Below, in pieces: positions 26,871 to 36,174 of a stretch of 59,642 nucleotides of DNA. The notes under the pieces were generated by a model. It searched no databases. It saw only the letters and a list, made by a program, of their open reading frames with translations, and was not told the origin of the DNA. Source of the DNA: Lentisphaerota bacterium. Its GTDB lineage: Bacteria; Verrucomicrobiota; Lentisphaeria; Victivallales; SZUA-371. Positions within the stretch are counted from its first letter, which is position 1. Each line of letters starts with the position of its first letter. Made by a program: the position numbers and the translations under genes. The stretch spans positions 1 to 59,642 of the forward strand of contig QKAL01000135.1 of the NCBI GenBank assembly GCA_003246475.1, read 5' to 3'.

Positions 26871-26903
26871 AAAACCCGGCCAGACATTAAGTCGGGCCGG
26901 GTT
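26871..26903 (-). terminator. Rho-independent terminator after tsf
   Basis: On the minus strand, AACCCGGCCC-loop-GGCCGGGTT followed by TTTTCATTT. Lies 27 nt after the tsf stop. Confidence 0.7.
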
Positions 26904-26929
26904 GAAAAGTATCGGAAAAATCCGTTGAA

Positions 26930-27733
26930 CTATTCCTGTTCTTCGGTGATTTCCCAGCGGGCAAAACGCTTGATGGTCGCCTTGGGGGCTACCTTATCGA
27001 AGCTGGTCTTGTCGTCGCGGATCCAGGGCTGCTTGGTAACGCAGACTTCACCGTACCACTTGCTGATTTTGCCGGAGACGATTTTGTCAACGATTTCAGC
27101 AGGCTTGCCGACAACCTGGGCTGCGGCAATTTCCTTTTCCTTGGCAATGGCTTCTGCCGGAACGTTTTCCGGGACGATGTAAGTGGGGCGGAATGCGGCA
27201 ATGTGCTTGCAGAGGTCCGCCAGGACTTCATCGCTGGCTTCGCCTTCAACATCGACCATAACGCCGATACGGCCGCCCATATGGAGGTAATAGCTGATCT
27301 TGCCCTGGGTTTCCCACTTGAGCGCGCGGCGGATCTGCATGTTTTCGCCGATAGTGGCGATCATGGAGGTCAGCGCAGCCTTTTCCGCATCCTGAACGGC
27401 GGCGGTGGCATCGCCATTGACGGCGATGTTGAGGGAGTTCTGAGCAATGGTGTTGATAAAACTGTTGAACTTCTCATTGACCGCGACAAAGTCGGTTTCG
27501 CAGAGTACTTCAACCATGGCTGCCTTGTTACCGGAAACGATTGCGGCAACGCGACCTTCTTTGGTGGCGCGGCTGGCTTTCTTTTCGGCTTTGGCGATAC
27601 CCGACTTGCGGAGATTCTCAATCGCCTTTTCCATGTCGCCGCCGGCTTCAACCAGGGCTTTTTTACAATCCATCATGCCTGCGCCGGTCTTTTCGCGCAG
27701 CTCTTTTACAATACTTGCAGAAATTTCAGTCAT
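26930..27733 (-). CDS. tsf: Translation elongation factor Ts
   Basis: MTEISASIVKELREKTGAGMMDCKKAL (UBA-like N-terminus) and CETDFVA. AGGAGA RBS upstream. The track start 27829 runs into rpsB. Confidence 0.95.
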   Translation of the reverse strand: MTEISASIVKELREKTGAGMMDCKKALVEAGGDMEKAIENLRKSGIAKAEKKASRATKEGRVAAIVSGNKAAMVEVLCETDFVAVNEKFNSFINTIAQNSLNIAVNGDATAAVQDAEKAALTSMIATIGENMQIRRALKWETQGKISYYLHMGGRIGVMVDVEGEASDEVLADLCKHIAAFRPTYIVPENVPAEAIAKEKEIAAAQVVGKPAEIVDKIVSGKISKWYGEVCVTKQPWIRDDKTSFDKVAPKATIKRFARWEITEEQE

Positions 27734-27764
27734 TATCATATCTCCTGAAATGAGATTTGTACCA

Positions 27765-28718
27765 TTATTCGGCGGAAACGGTTTCTTCGGTGCCTTCGTC
27801 AGCTTTCTTGGAAGCTTTTTTCGGGGCAACTTTACGGGCCGCTTTCTTTTCTTCTTTTTCCAGCTCTTCTTCGACTTCCGCTACAGCGTCTTCAGCTTTC
27901 TTGACGATGGGTTTCGGAGCAGCCTTGGCGGCAGCTTTCTTTTCGGCCTTTTCCTTGGCTTCGGCTTCTTTTTCAGCAGCCTTTTCCTTGGCAATGGCTT
28001 CTGCTTTCGCCTTTTCTTCCACCATCTTCTTCTGATACATTTCAGAGGCTACCTGAATGGCGTCAACGAAGAGATCGGTGATTACTTTAATTGACTTGAC
28101 GGCGTCGTCGTTGGCCGCAACCGGGAAATCGACCGTGGTCGGGTCACCGTTGGTGTCGACAATCGCGACGATCGGAATATTCAGCTTATTGGCTTCACGT
28201 ACGGCAATGGCGTCGTTGCAAACGTCGACAATGACCATGGCGGCCGGCAATTTCTTCATGTCAGCGATACCGTCGAGGTCGCGATGCAGTTTTTCACCTT
28301 TGCGACGCAAGGTGATGATTTCTTTTTTCTTCAGTTCGGAATCGCCGCCGTTGGAAAGCTGCTTGTCAATTTCGAGCATACGGTTGATGCTCTTGCGGAT
28401 GGTTGTGTTGTTTGTCAGGATACCGCCCATCCAGCGTTCGGATACGTAATACATGCCGGTCTTCTGCGCGATTTCCTGGATGATCTGCTGGGCCTGGCGT
28501 TTGGTGCCGACGAAAAGGATGTCGCCGCCGTCAGCTACAACACGCTGCAGGAAGTTGCAGGCATCGGAGATCTGGTGCATGGTCTTGGTCAAATCGATGA
28601 TGGAAATGCCGTTTTTGGAGCCAAAGACGTAATCCTTCATCTTCGGGTTCCAACGCTTGGTCTGGTGTCCGAAATGACATCCTGCTTCCAACAGATCTTT
28701 GATAGTAATCTTTGCCAT
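27765..28718 (-). CDS. rpsB: 30S ribosomal protein S2 with a ~85-aa Lys/Glu/Ala-rich C-terminal extension
   Basis: MAKITIKDLLEAGCHFGHQTKRWNPKM... matches the S2 N-terminus, so the start is ATG 28718 rather than GTG 28736. The conserved core ends near EMYQKK, followed by KAKAEAIAKEKAAEKEAEAKEKAEKKAAAKAAPK... Confidence 0.95.
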   Translation of the reverse strand: MAKITIKDLLEAGCHFGHQTKRWNPKMKDYVFGSKNGISIIDLTKTMHQISDACNFLQRVVADGGDILFVGTKRQAQQIIQEIAQKTGMYYVSERWMGGILTNNTTIRKSINRMLEIDKQLSNGGDSELKKKEIITLRRKGEKLHRDLDGIADMKKLPAAMVIVDVCNDAIAVREANKLNIPIVAIVDTNGDPTTVDFPVAANDDAVKSIKVITDLFVDAIQVASEMYQKKMVEEKAKAEAIAKEKAAEKEAEAKEKAEKKAAAKAAPKPIVKKAEDAVAEVEEELEKEEKKAARKVAPKKASKKADEGTEETVSAE

Positions 28719-29062
28719 CTTCAGTTTCTTTCCCACGTTACGGCGACTTATTCCGGTCTGTTATGTTATTGCCGGCAGTCTGCCTTAATGTTTTGGTTTT
28801 TTTCCGCCTTTATTCTATATTGAACGACTTTCGAAAGCCGTCCGGGCGGAATTAAAGAGCAAATAAAGTAGCATTGATTTCATGGTCTTCAAGAAATTTC
28901 ATGCTTTTTTTAATAAAAAAACGGACGTGGAAATTATTTTTTGCGAAAATCTTACCATTGACTGCTACTTTTGTGATAAAACGGAGCTATATTATTGGCT
29001 TTGAACGAATTTTAAGCGTTTTTATATGCAGTAAACAGTACAACAGGTTGAAAAAAGAGTAT

Positions 29063-30874
29063 ATGCAGGAAATCAGAAATATTGCGATTATCGCACACGT
29101 TGACCATGGAAAAACCACTCTCGTCGACGAAATCTTGAAACAGGCCAAATTGTTCCGTGACAACCAGGAGATGCAGGAGTGCTTCCTGGACAGCAACGAT
29201 CTGGAGCGCGAGCGCGGGATTACCATCCTTGCCAAGAACATCAGTATCAATTATAAAGGGGTTAAGATCAATATTCTCGACACCCCGGGACACAGTGACT
29301 TCGGCGGACAGGTTGAACGCGTACTGAAGCTTGCCGACGGCGTTCTGCTGTTGGTTGACGCGGCAGAAGGCCCGATGCCCCAGACCCGTTTCGTGCTGGA
29401 CAAGGCATTGCAGCTGAATCTCAAGCCGATCGTTGTCATCAATAAAGTTGACAAGCCCGATGCCCGTCCCAATGTGGTTCATGACAAAGTCTTTGACCTT
29501 TTTTGTGAACTGAATGCGAGCGAAGATCAGTTGGATTTCCCGATGCTGTTTGCCAGCGGGCGCAGCGGCTGGGCGGTTAAAGACCTTGATGATCCCAGAG
29601 AAACGATCCTGCCCCTTATGGATGCTATACTCGAGTATATTCCGGCACCAAAGATTGTTGATGGATCGGTGCAGATGCAGGTTGCCACGCTGGACTACTC
29701 CGATTATGTCGGTCGTATCGGTATCGGCCGTGTTTATCGTGGAGTGCTCAAGCTCAAGCAGCCTATGGCATTGGTCAAGAATAACGGGAACAGTGCCGGT
29801 CCGGTGCAGTTGAAACAGATTTTGACCTTTGACGGGCTGATGCGTAAGGAAGTGGAAGAAGTCGTCTGCGGCGATCTCTGTGCGGTCGTTGGTATTGAGG
29901 ACGTCGGGGTGGGTGATACCATCACCTGTGGAATCAATCCCGAAGCCATGCCGCCGATCGTTCTCGACGAGCCGACCATCTCCATGATGTTCCGCGTCAA
30001 TGACTCGCCCCTGTATGGACAGGAAGGAAAGTTTGTCAGCAGCCGTCATCTGCGCGATCGTCTCTTCAAGGAAATTCAAAAGGACGTTGCTCTGCGGGTG
30101 GAAGAAGTCGGTGACGCTTTTAAAGTCAGCGGCCGTGGTGTTCTGCATATTTCCGTTCTGATTGAAAATATGCGTCGCGAGGGGTATGAAATGACCGTTT
30201 CCCAGCCGCATGTCATTCTGCATAAAAATGCGGATGGTGTGACCGAGGAACCGATTGAAATATTGACTGTCGATGTACCGGATGAGTACGCCGGTCGTAT
30301 TATCGAAGTGGTTGGTACCCGTCGTGGCGAAATGGTTCATATGGAATCGCGCGGGGTTCGCCAGTTGATCGAATTCCATATTCCGACCCGCGGCCTGATC
30401 GGGTTCCGCTCCAAGGCGATGACTGCCAGTGCGGGCGAGGCGATCGTTTCACATCGTTTCATTCATTATGCTCCGTTCAAAGGCGATATCCAGCAACGGT
30501 CCAACGGTGTTCTTATCAGCATGAGCGGCGGTAAAGCCCAGGCTTATGCCATTGACGGATTGCAGCAGCGCGGTTTCTTCTTCACGGAACCCAATGAAAC
30601 GACCTATGAGGGTATGATTGTCGGTGAACACTGCAAGGAAGGCGACCTGATGGTCAACCTCCAGCGCGAAAAGCAGTTGAGCAACGTTCGTGCGTCAGGT
30701 TCCGACCGGGCGTTGAAAGTGTTTCCGGCGACGAAGCTCAATCTGGAGCAGGCGCTTGAATATATCGCGGATGACGAACTGGTGGAAGTGACACCGAAAA
30801 ATGTCCGTCTGCGGAAATATTACCTGAAAGAGATCGACCGTCGTCGTCTCGGTCGTAAAAATATCGAGTCATGA
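29063..30874 (+). CDS. typA: Translational GTPase TypA/BipA
   Basis: [32 protein letters not shown] and NKVD, plus a BipA-type C-terminal domain. The start is ATG 29063. The in-frame upstream stretch from 28874 is AT-rich and non-homologous. Confidence 0.95.
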   Translation: MQEIRNIAIIAHVDHGKTTLVDEILKQAKLFRDNQEMQECFLDSNDLERERGITILAKNISINYKGVKINILDTPGHSDFGGQVERVLKLADGVLLLVDAAEGPMPQTRFVLDKALQLNLKPIVVINKVDKPDARPNVVHDKVFDLFCELNASEDQLDFPMLFASGRSGWAVKDLDDPRETILPLMDAILEYIPAPKIVDGSVQMQVATLDYSDYVGRIGIGRVYRGVLKLKQPMALVKNNGNSAGPVQLKQILTFDGLMRKEVEEVVCGDLCAVVGIEDVGVGDTITCGINPEAMPPIVLDEPTISMMFRVNDSPLYGQEGKFVSSRHLRDRLFKEIQKDVALRVEEVGDAFKVSGRGVLHISVLIENMRREGYEMTVSQPHVILHKNADGVTEEPIEILTVDVPDEYAGRIIEVVGTRRGEMVHMESRGVRQLIEFHIPTRGLIGFRSKAMTASAGEAIVSHRFIHYAPFKGDIQQRSNGVLISMSGGKAQAYAIDGLQQRGFFFTEPNETTYEGMIVGEHCKEGDLMVNLQREKQLSNVRASGSDRALKVFPATKLNLEQALEYIADDELVEVTPKNVRLRKYYLKEIDRRRLGRKNIES

Positions 30875-32844
30875 TCGATTTTCAGAACGTTTACAAAACA
30901 TATGCCGGACAGGACATATTCAGTAATGTGTCCTTCCGGATAAATCCCGGTGAGCGGGCAGGGGTGGTAGGCCCCAACGGCGCCGGGAAAAGTACTCTGT
31001 TCGGGATCATCACCGGAGAAGTCGAGCCGGACAAGGGCAAGGTGATGGTGCCCGCCGACCTGCGCGTGGCATTGCTGCACCAGCAGTTGGAGGCGGTTGA
31101 TTCGTCTGTAGGCCTGTTGGATTTTACCTGTAACGCCATTCCCGAAGTCGCGATGATTCATGACCGGCTGCAGGAGATCGAACATCTCTTCCATCATAAC
31201 ATTGTCGTTCCGGAAGAGAAGGACAAGCTGTTAAACGAACAGGGGGTGCTGCAGAGTCGTTTCGAGCAGATTGGCGGTTACCGTCTGCGGCACACTGCCG
31301 AGGCGGCGTTATCCGGGCTTGGGTTTCACGAAGAACAGTTCTCACGTGCGCTCAAGTCGTTCAGTGGCGGTTGGCAGATGCGAGCCGCACTGGCGCGGGT
31401 CCTGATCTCTGATCCCGACATTCTGCTTCTTGACGAACCGTCCAACTATCTGGATATTCCCGCGGTGGAGTGGCTCTACCGCTTCCTGAAGTCGTTTAAA
31501 GGGACGCTGCTGCTGATCTCGCACGACCGTTTCCTGCTTAAATCTCTGGCCACGATCACTCTTGAGATTAACGGAGGCATGGTCAACCGTTATCCCGGCG
31601 ACTACGATTATTATGTGCGTGAGCGCGACAACCGTTATTTGCAGTTGCAGTCGGCCAAGGAAAATCAGGATCGTGAGCGCGAACGGCTGGAACGTTCGAT
31701 CGAGCGTTTCCGCTCGAAAGCCACCAAGGCGGTGCAGGTGCAGAACTGGATCCGCAAGATCGATCATATGGAAGATATCAATCTGCCGGAACAGTTGCAC
31801 TATTCCGGGGCGATACGCATTCCCCAGCCACCGCTCAGCGGCGCGGAGATTGCCCGCCTGGAGAGCGTTGATTTCAGCTATAACGGCAAAGATTTTATTT
31901 TCAAGGATCTGGACATCCAGATCAATCGCGGCGACAAAATGGCGATAGTCGGTTATAACGGCATGGGCAAGACTACGTTGTTGCGCCTGTTGGCCGGGCG
32001 TCTTAATCCGGTCAACGGCAGGCGCGTGCTGGGGCATAATGTGGTGGTGGGATACCAGGCGCAGGAGTTCGGCGAGTTGCTGGCGGCAGAGGAGTCGGTC
32101 TACGATGTGGTGCGCGCGGCGCTGCCGGCGAATGGCGACTCCCGGATGCTGATGAATCTGCTGGGCAGTTTCGGCTTTTGCGGCGATGATACCGCCAAAC
32201 CTTGTAAGGTACTGAGCGGCGGAGAGAAAATCCGCTTGCTTTTCGCCCGCATTTTCGTCAATCCCCCCAATTTCCTGCTGCTGGACGAACCGACGACCCA
32301 TTTGGATATTGCCGCGCGTGAGGCGCTGCAACAGGCTATTGCCGAATACGATGGTACGGTATGCCTGGTCAGCCATGATATCGAGTTTGTCCGCAACGTT
32401 GCCGAAAATATTATTGCCATGGCTCCGCACGGTATTCGCCGTTACTATGGCGATTACGATTATTACCGTGAAAAATTCGAGCAGGAGCAACGGGCATTGT
32501 CTCCTCTGCCGGGAGTCCGGACAAAAGATGAAAGTACCGGCCTGGCCGATTCTCCCAAGGAAAAGCGCAAGGAACGCGCAAAGCTCCGGCAGGAGATGCA
32601 GAAAGAAAAGAAAACACTGGAAACCAAAGTGTCTGGTTTTGAAACTCAGATAGAGAAAGCGGAAGCCGAAAAAGCGCAGATTATCGAGCAACTGGCTGCC
32701 AATGCTCCGGGGGTAGATTTTGCCGGACTGAACCGCAAGCTTAAGGATCTTGATACCTTGATCCAGCAGGCCACCGAAGGTTGGGAGGAATATGCACTGC
32801 AGCTCGAATCCTTCATGGTGGAATACAACCGCATACACGATTGA
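30871..32844 (+). CDS. ABC-F family ATPase (soluble, two NBDs, C-terminal coiled coil)
   Basis: Walker A GPNGAGKST and GYNGMGKTT, signatures FSGGWQMR and LSGGEKIR, no TM domain, and a Lys/Glu-rich C-terminal tail. Its ATG overlaps the typA stop (ATGA). Confidence 0.9.
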   Translation: MIDFQNVYKTYAGQDIFSNVSFRINPGERAGVVGPNGAGKSTLFGIITGEVEPDKGKVMVPADLRVALLHQQLEAVDSSVGLLDFTCNAIPEVAMIHDRLQEIEHLFHHNIVVPEEKDKLLNEQGVLQSRFEQIGGYRLRHTAEAALSGLGFHEEQFSRALKSFSGGWQMRAALARVLISDPDILLLDEPSNYLDIPAVEWLYRFLKSFKGTLLLISHDRFLLKSLATITLEINGGMVNRYPGDYDYYVRERDNRYLQLQSAKENQDRERERLERSIERFRSKATKAVQVQNWIRKIDHMEDINLPEQLHYSGAIRIPQPPLSGAEIARLESVDFSYNGKDFIFKDLDIQINRGDKMAIVGYNGMGKTTLLRLLAGRLNPVNGRRVLGHNVVVGYQAQEFGELLAAEESVYDVVRAALPANGDSRMLMNLLGSFGFCGDDTAKPCKVLSGGEKIRLLFARIFVNPPNFLLLDEPTTHLDIAAREALQQAIAEYDGTVCLVSHDIEFVRNVAENIIAMAPHGIRRYYGDYDYYREKFEQEQRALSPLPGVRTKDESTGLADSPKEKRKERAKLRQEMQKEKKTLETKVSGFETQIEKAEAEKAQIIEQLAANAPGVDFAGLNRKLKDLDTLIQQATEGWEEYALQLESFMVEYNRIHD

Positions 32845-32980
32845 TCTGCCTCGTAGATGATCTTGACTCGCCTCTCCCTGACGCAATGCGTCGCTTTAAA
32901 ACCGTTGTATTTATTATATCGCGGTCTTGAGTATGACGCAAAGGCGTACTACATTGGAATAGAAAGAGAGGAGAATGAAA

Positions 32981-33928
32981 ATGTTTTATTGTCGTAAGTG
33001 CTTCCTGATGGTTTTGTTGGTTTTGGTTGTTTCAGGCGGAATGTCGTTTGCGGTTCAGGCTGCGTCGGGTAAAACGGTCAAAGTATTTGCGGTCGGCAAC
33101 AGCTTTGCCCGTAATGCCGATCAATACCGTAATGAGCTTAATGCCGCCGATCCCGAGAACGAATTGCAGCTTACTGTGGCTTATATCGGCGGATGTTCGC
33201 TTGAAACGCATGTCAAGCTGGCCCGTGTCCACGAACAGAATCCTGCTGATCCCAAGGGAAAACCCTATCCCATCGGCAAGGAGATGAAAAGCCTCAAGGA
33301 ATTGCTGACTGCGGATAAATGGGATTATATCACCATTCAGCAGTTCAGCTGGCTCAGTCCCGACATCAATTCCTATCGCCCTTGGGCTAAGGATCTATGT
33401 GATTATATTAAGAAATATTGCCCGGATGTGCCGATTGTTGTATATGAAACCTGGGCTTATCGCAGTGACGATTCCTTGTTCAAGGACGGCAAAAGAACAG
33501 ACGTGGACATGTATCATCACCTGCATGCCGCCTATCAGACGATCGCCGGAGAGTTGGGGAATCTGCCATTGATCCCGGTGGGAACGGCATTTTACAATGC
33601 CTTGCAGCGTCCGGACTGGCAGTTCTGCAAGGATGAAAAGTTCGATCCGTCCAAGGCTGTTTATCCCGAGTTGCCCGACCAGACCCATTCGCTGCATGTC
33701 GGCTGGTATTGGAAAAACGAAAAGGATGGGTCGCAAAAGCTGGTCATGGACGGACATCATGCCGGGAATGCTGGATGTTTTCTGGCGGGGTTGGTCTGGC
33801 GAGAGTTCTTTCTTGGCGTTGATGCCCGCAATAATAAATTTGTACCCAAGGAGATTGGCGAAGCCGATGCGGTTATCCTGCGCCAGGTGGCTCATGATGC
33901 AGTGGCGGGGCAGGTCGCGAAAAAATAA
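32981..33928 (+). CDS. Secreted DUF4886 / SGNH-like hydrolase-fold protein
   Basis: Signal peptide, then VKVFAVGNSFARNADQY (GNSF block near the N-terminus as in DUF4886/SGNH esterases). ATG 32981 is better spaced from GAGGAG than ATG 32975. Confidence 0.6.
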   Translation: MFYCRKCFLMVLLVLVVSGGMSFAVQAASGKTVKVFAVGNSFARNADQYRNELNAADPENELQLTVAYIGGCSLETHVKLARVHEQNPADPKGKPYPIGKEMKSLKELLTADKWDYITIQQFSWLSPDINSYRPWAKDLCDYIKKYCPDVPIVVYETWAYRSDDSLFKDGKRTDVDMYHHLHAAYQTIAGELGNLPLIPVGTAFYNALQRPDWQFCKDEKFDPSKAVYPELPDQTHSLHVGWYWKNEKDGSQKLVMDGHHAGNAGCFLAGLVWREFFLGVDARNNKFVPKEIGEADAVILRQVAHDAVAGQVAKK

Positions 33929-33940
33929 CGGAGAAATCAA

Positions 33941-34492
33941 ATGAAGAACCTGATTCTGGCGGTTTGTCTGTTGCTTACAGTGGCGGTTTCGGCATCTCAG
34001 GTAATACCGCGTCCGGTCGAGAGTGTCCTGGCCCGGTCCGTCGCGGTGGTGGTAGGAAAGGTAATTGCCACTGAGCGGCATGACTCAAACGGCGAGTTTC
34101 AAATTTTTATTAATTTTGAGGTCATGGACGCGCTTTCGGGGAGGATTGATTCCGGGCAGCGGTTGACGGGATATTATTCCATCAGCAACCCGGAGCAGGA
34201 GCTTCCAGATGGTACGAAGATAACCATCAGTCAGGAAATCAGCGGAAGCGGTCTGGAATTTTTGACCAAACCGGACAAGGAATATATTATGATGCTTGGC
34301 CGTGTGGCTGATCCTTCAATGGTTGAAAACTGGCGGAATGAACTCCTTCCCGGTTTCTGGGGACGGATATTTGGTGGTGACGAAAAACGTATCGAAAGTT
34401 TTTTTAATGTCCCTGTCTACCATTTATTACGCCTTGAAGATCTGTCGCAGAAAAAAGAACTGCAGCCGATGTTGCTGCAGCCCAAAAAATAA
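33941..34492 (+). CDS. Secreted protein, unknown function
   Basis: 183-aa ORF with signal peptide MKNLILAVCLLLTVAVSASQ, 12 nt after the previous gene. Confidence 0.5.
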   Translation: MKNLILAVCLLLTVAVSASQVIPRPVESVLARSVAVVVGKVIATERHDSNGEFQIFINFEVMDALSGRIDSGQRLTGYYSISNPEQELPDGTKITISQEISGSGLEFLTKPDKEYIMMLGRVADPSMVENWRNELLPGFWGRIFGGDEKRIESFFNVPVYHLLRLEDLSQKKELQPMLLQPKK

Positions 34493-34511
34493 CGGGTTTC
34501 CATTTGGCGGT

Positions 34512-36038
34512 TCACGCCCTCAGAAAGTATGAAGGGGTGCAGCTCCATGCGTGGCAGTAGCTGTTGATCTGATGGCATTTGTATGGCGAAAGCCTATGGT
34601 TTTCCGGGTCGAATATCTCCCAGAAGGTGTCGGCGCCGAGTTTCGCCATCTTGCCCCAGTAATCGGAAATAAGCGTTTGGGCCTCCCGTTCCATTCCGGC
34701 CACGTACATAGCCTCGACCACGTAATGATAGAGGTATGGTCCTGCCGGTTTTACCGCGTCCGGAACGGTTGCAATATTACTCATTACCGGGGCCGGGGTG
34801 ACCCCTGCGATGGTCATCCACGCCTGTGATGCCCAGGAGATCTGGCGTGTTTCACCGCTGACGAAAAGCTGTGAGACCGGGTCGAAAAGGTATTTTACGG
34901 CAGCTGCGGACATCTTCCCCGCCTGTGTCTTTATCCATGCGATGTCATCGGAATTATTGAGCATTTGCCCCAGTTCGATGCCTTTTTTAAGCGAAAAGAT
35001 TACTACTCCCTGTTCCGGCGCCTGCTTGTCCAGTCCTTCCTGCCAGTCGATGAACAGCCACCACTTTTTACTGTCGTGAAACAACCCTTCGGAATCGACT
35101 TCCTCTAGTACCGTTTTGAGTTGGTGCACCGCCACGGGCCAGAGTTCGGCGGCGGTGTCCAGATCGCCGGAGGCCTTGGCGTATTCCAGCAACGTCGGCA
35201 TAAAAAGCGCGGTATAGTCTAAAATGAAATCCTGCCCGCGATGGGGTGCTGGCTTCTCGAACAGGCAGGACGGAATTACGCCGCGTTCGTCGGTCAGTCC
35301 CGCGAACAGATACAAGCAGCGTTTGCACAGTTCGTAATTTTTGAAGGAATGGTAGTTGACCAGTGCCTGTAGCCGGAAGTCTCCTAGCCATAACCTGCGG
35401 TCGCGTTTCGGGCCGTCTTCGAAAACCGTCTGCATGCAGTTTTTCAAGGTGTCGAGGCTGATGCGGTCGATGCGGCGCAGTACGGGTGAAAAAGATTCCG
35501 GCAGCGGTGCGATGGCTTTGACGTCGGCAGATGTTACCGTTTTACACGCGATGTCCTTGAGATAAAAACGATACCAGCCGCCGCAGATCTGGAATTTGAC
35601 ATAGCGGAAAGCGTAACGGCGAGGCAGTTGGATGATCCCCGATGGATAATCGATGGTCATGATTTCTTCCTGCAGCCAGCCGCGACCCAGCGTTCCTTGA
35701 TATTCAAATGGCTCGGCAATTTCCGAGACGACTTCGGCAAAGGAGATCTTTATCCATAACGGGGCATCGTATTTTTCTTCGACCGACAAGGCAAAGCTGA
35801 GTTGTCCGACACAGTATTCGCCGAAATCCAGGATAAATTCCGCTTCTCGTCCGGCTTCCAAAACATCTCCGGGATTGAAAGAATGCTGTTGTTTTGCGCC
35901 CCAGCCCTGAAAGGCGCCGGGGTCCTGTTCCATTGTTATGGTCCTTTGCGGATATATCGTCTTGTGATGGAGTTCCGGGGTGTTTTTTTGGGCCACCTTA
36001 AGCCATTGTGCTGATTTCATATCTGTAGTATTTGCCAT
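34512..36038 (-). CDS. Six-hairpin glycoside hydrolase, GH78 alpha-L-rhamnosidase-like
   Basis: EDGPKRDRRLWLGDFRLQ resembles the D-[CG]-[PA]-x-R-[DE]-R-x-x-W-x-GD block of GH78 catalytic domains. The C-terminal CHAWSCTPSYFL resembles the GH78 HAWS segment. 508 aa is short for the family. Confidence 0.6.
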   Translation of the reverse strand: MANTTDMKSAQWLKVAQKNTPELHHKTIYPQRTITMEQDPGAFQGWGAKQQHSFNPGDVLEAGREAEFILDFGEYCVGQLSFALSVEEKYDAPLWIKISFAEVVSEIAEPFEYQGTLGRGWLQEEIMTIDYPSGIIQLPRRYAFRYVKFQICGGWYRFYLKDIACKTVTSADVKAIAPLPESFSPVLRRIDRISLDTLKNCMQTVFEDGPKRDRRLWLGDFRLQALVNYHSFKNYELCKRCLYLFAGLTDERGVIPSCLFEKPAPHRGQDFILDYTALFMPTLLEYAKASGDLDTAAELWPVAVHQLKTVLEEVDSEGLFHDSKKWWLFIDWQEGLDKQAPEQGVVIFSLKKGIELGQMLNNSDDIAWIKTQAGKMSAAAVKYLFDPVSQLFVSGETRQISWASQAWMTIAGVTPAPVMSNIATVPDAVKPAGPYLYHYVVEAMYVAGMEREAQTLISDYWGKMAKLGADTFWEIFDPENHRLSPYKCHQINSYCHAWSCTPSYFLRA

Positions 36039-36174
36039 TTGCTTTAACTTCCCATGAGTTTTTCGACTGTTATTGGCACATTGGTTGAATAATTGTTGTT
36101 TGAATATTATTATATAATCAAATTAAGCACGATGTTATAATTAAAATCTCAAAATAGCGGATTTTAGTATCAAA

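Noticed and set aside
26735-26887. 5' extensions given by the track for ispF, and likewise for tsf, wecB, wecC, the 49593 GT4 and the Wzy-like gene
   Set aside because: In each case the extension overlaps the upstream gene or a terminator and precedes a methionine that aligns with the conserved N-terminus of the family.
27447-28094. Plus-strand ORFs (215 aa and 92 aa) rich in Phe/Ser/Ala opposite the rpsB 3' end
   Set aside because: They are the complement of the Lys/Glu/Ala-coding low-complexity tail of S2, an artefact of the repeat-like purine-rich tract.
28874-29062. 63-codon in-frame N-terminal extension of typA
   Set aside because: It is AT-rich, hydrophobic or odd in composition, and absent from BipA homologues, which start at [18 protein letters not shown]. 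It is more likely promoter and leader sequence.
29012-30379. 455-aa ORF antisense to typA
   Set aside because: Same codon-aligned shadow geometry (29063-29012 = 51). It has no RBS or recognisable domain, while the sense strand is an unambiguous BipA.
31342-32886. 514-aa ORF antisense to the ABC-F gene
   Set aside because: It is codon-aligned with the sense gene (31342-30871 is a multiple of 3), so its stops would require the sense codons TTA/CTA/TCA, which this GC3-biased gene avoids. The translation is low-complexity and Arg/Gln/Leu-rich with no motif. A shadow ORF.
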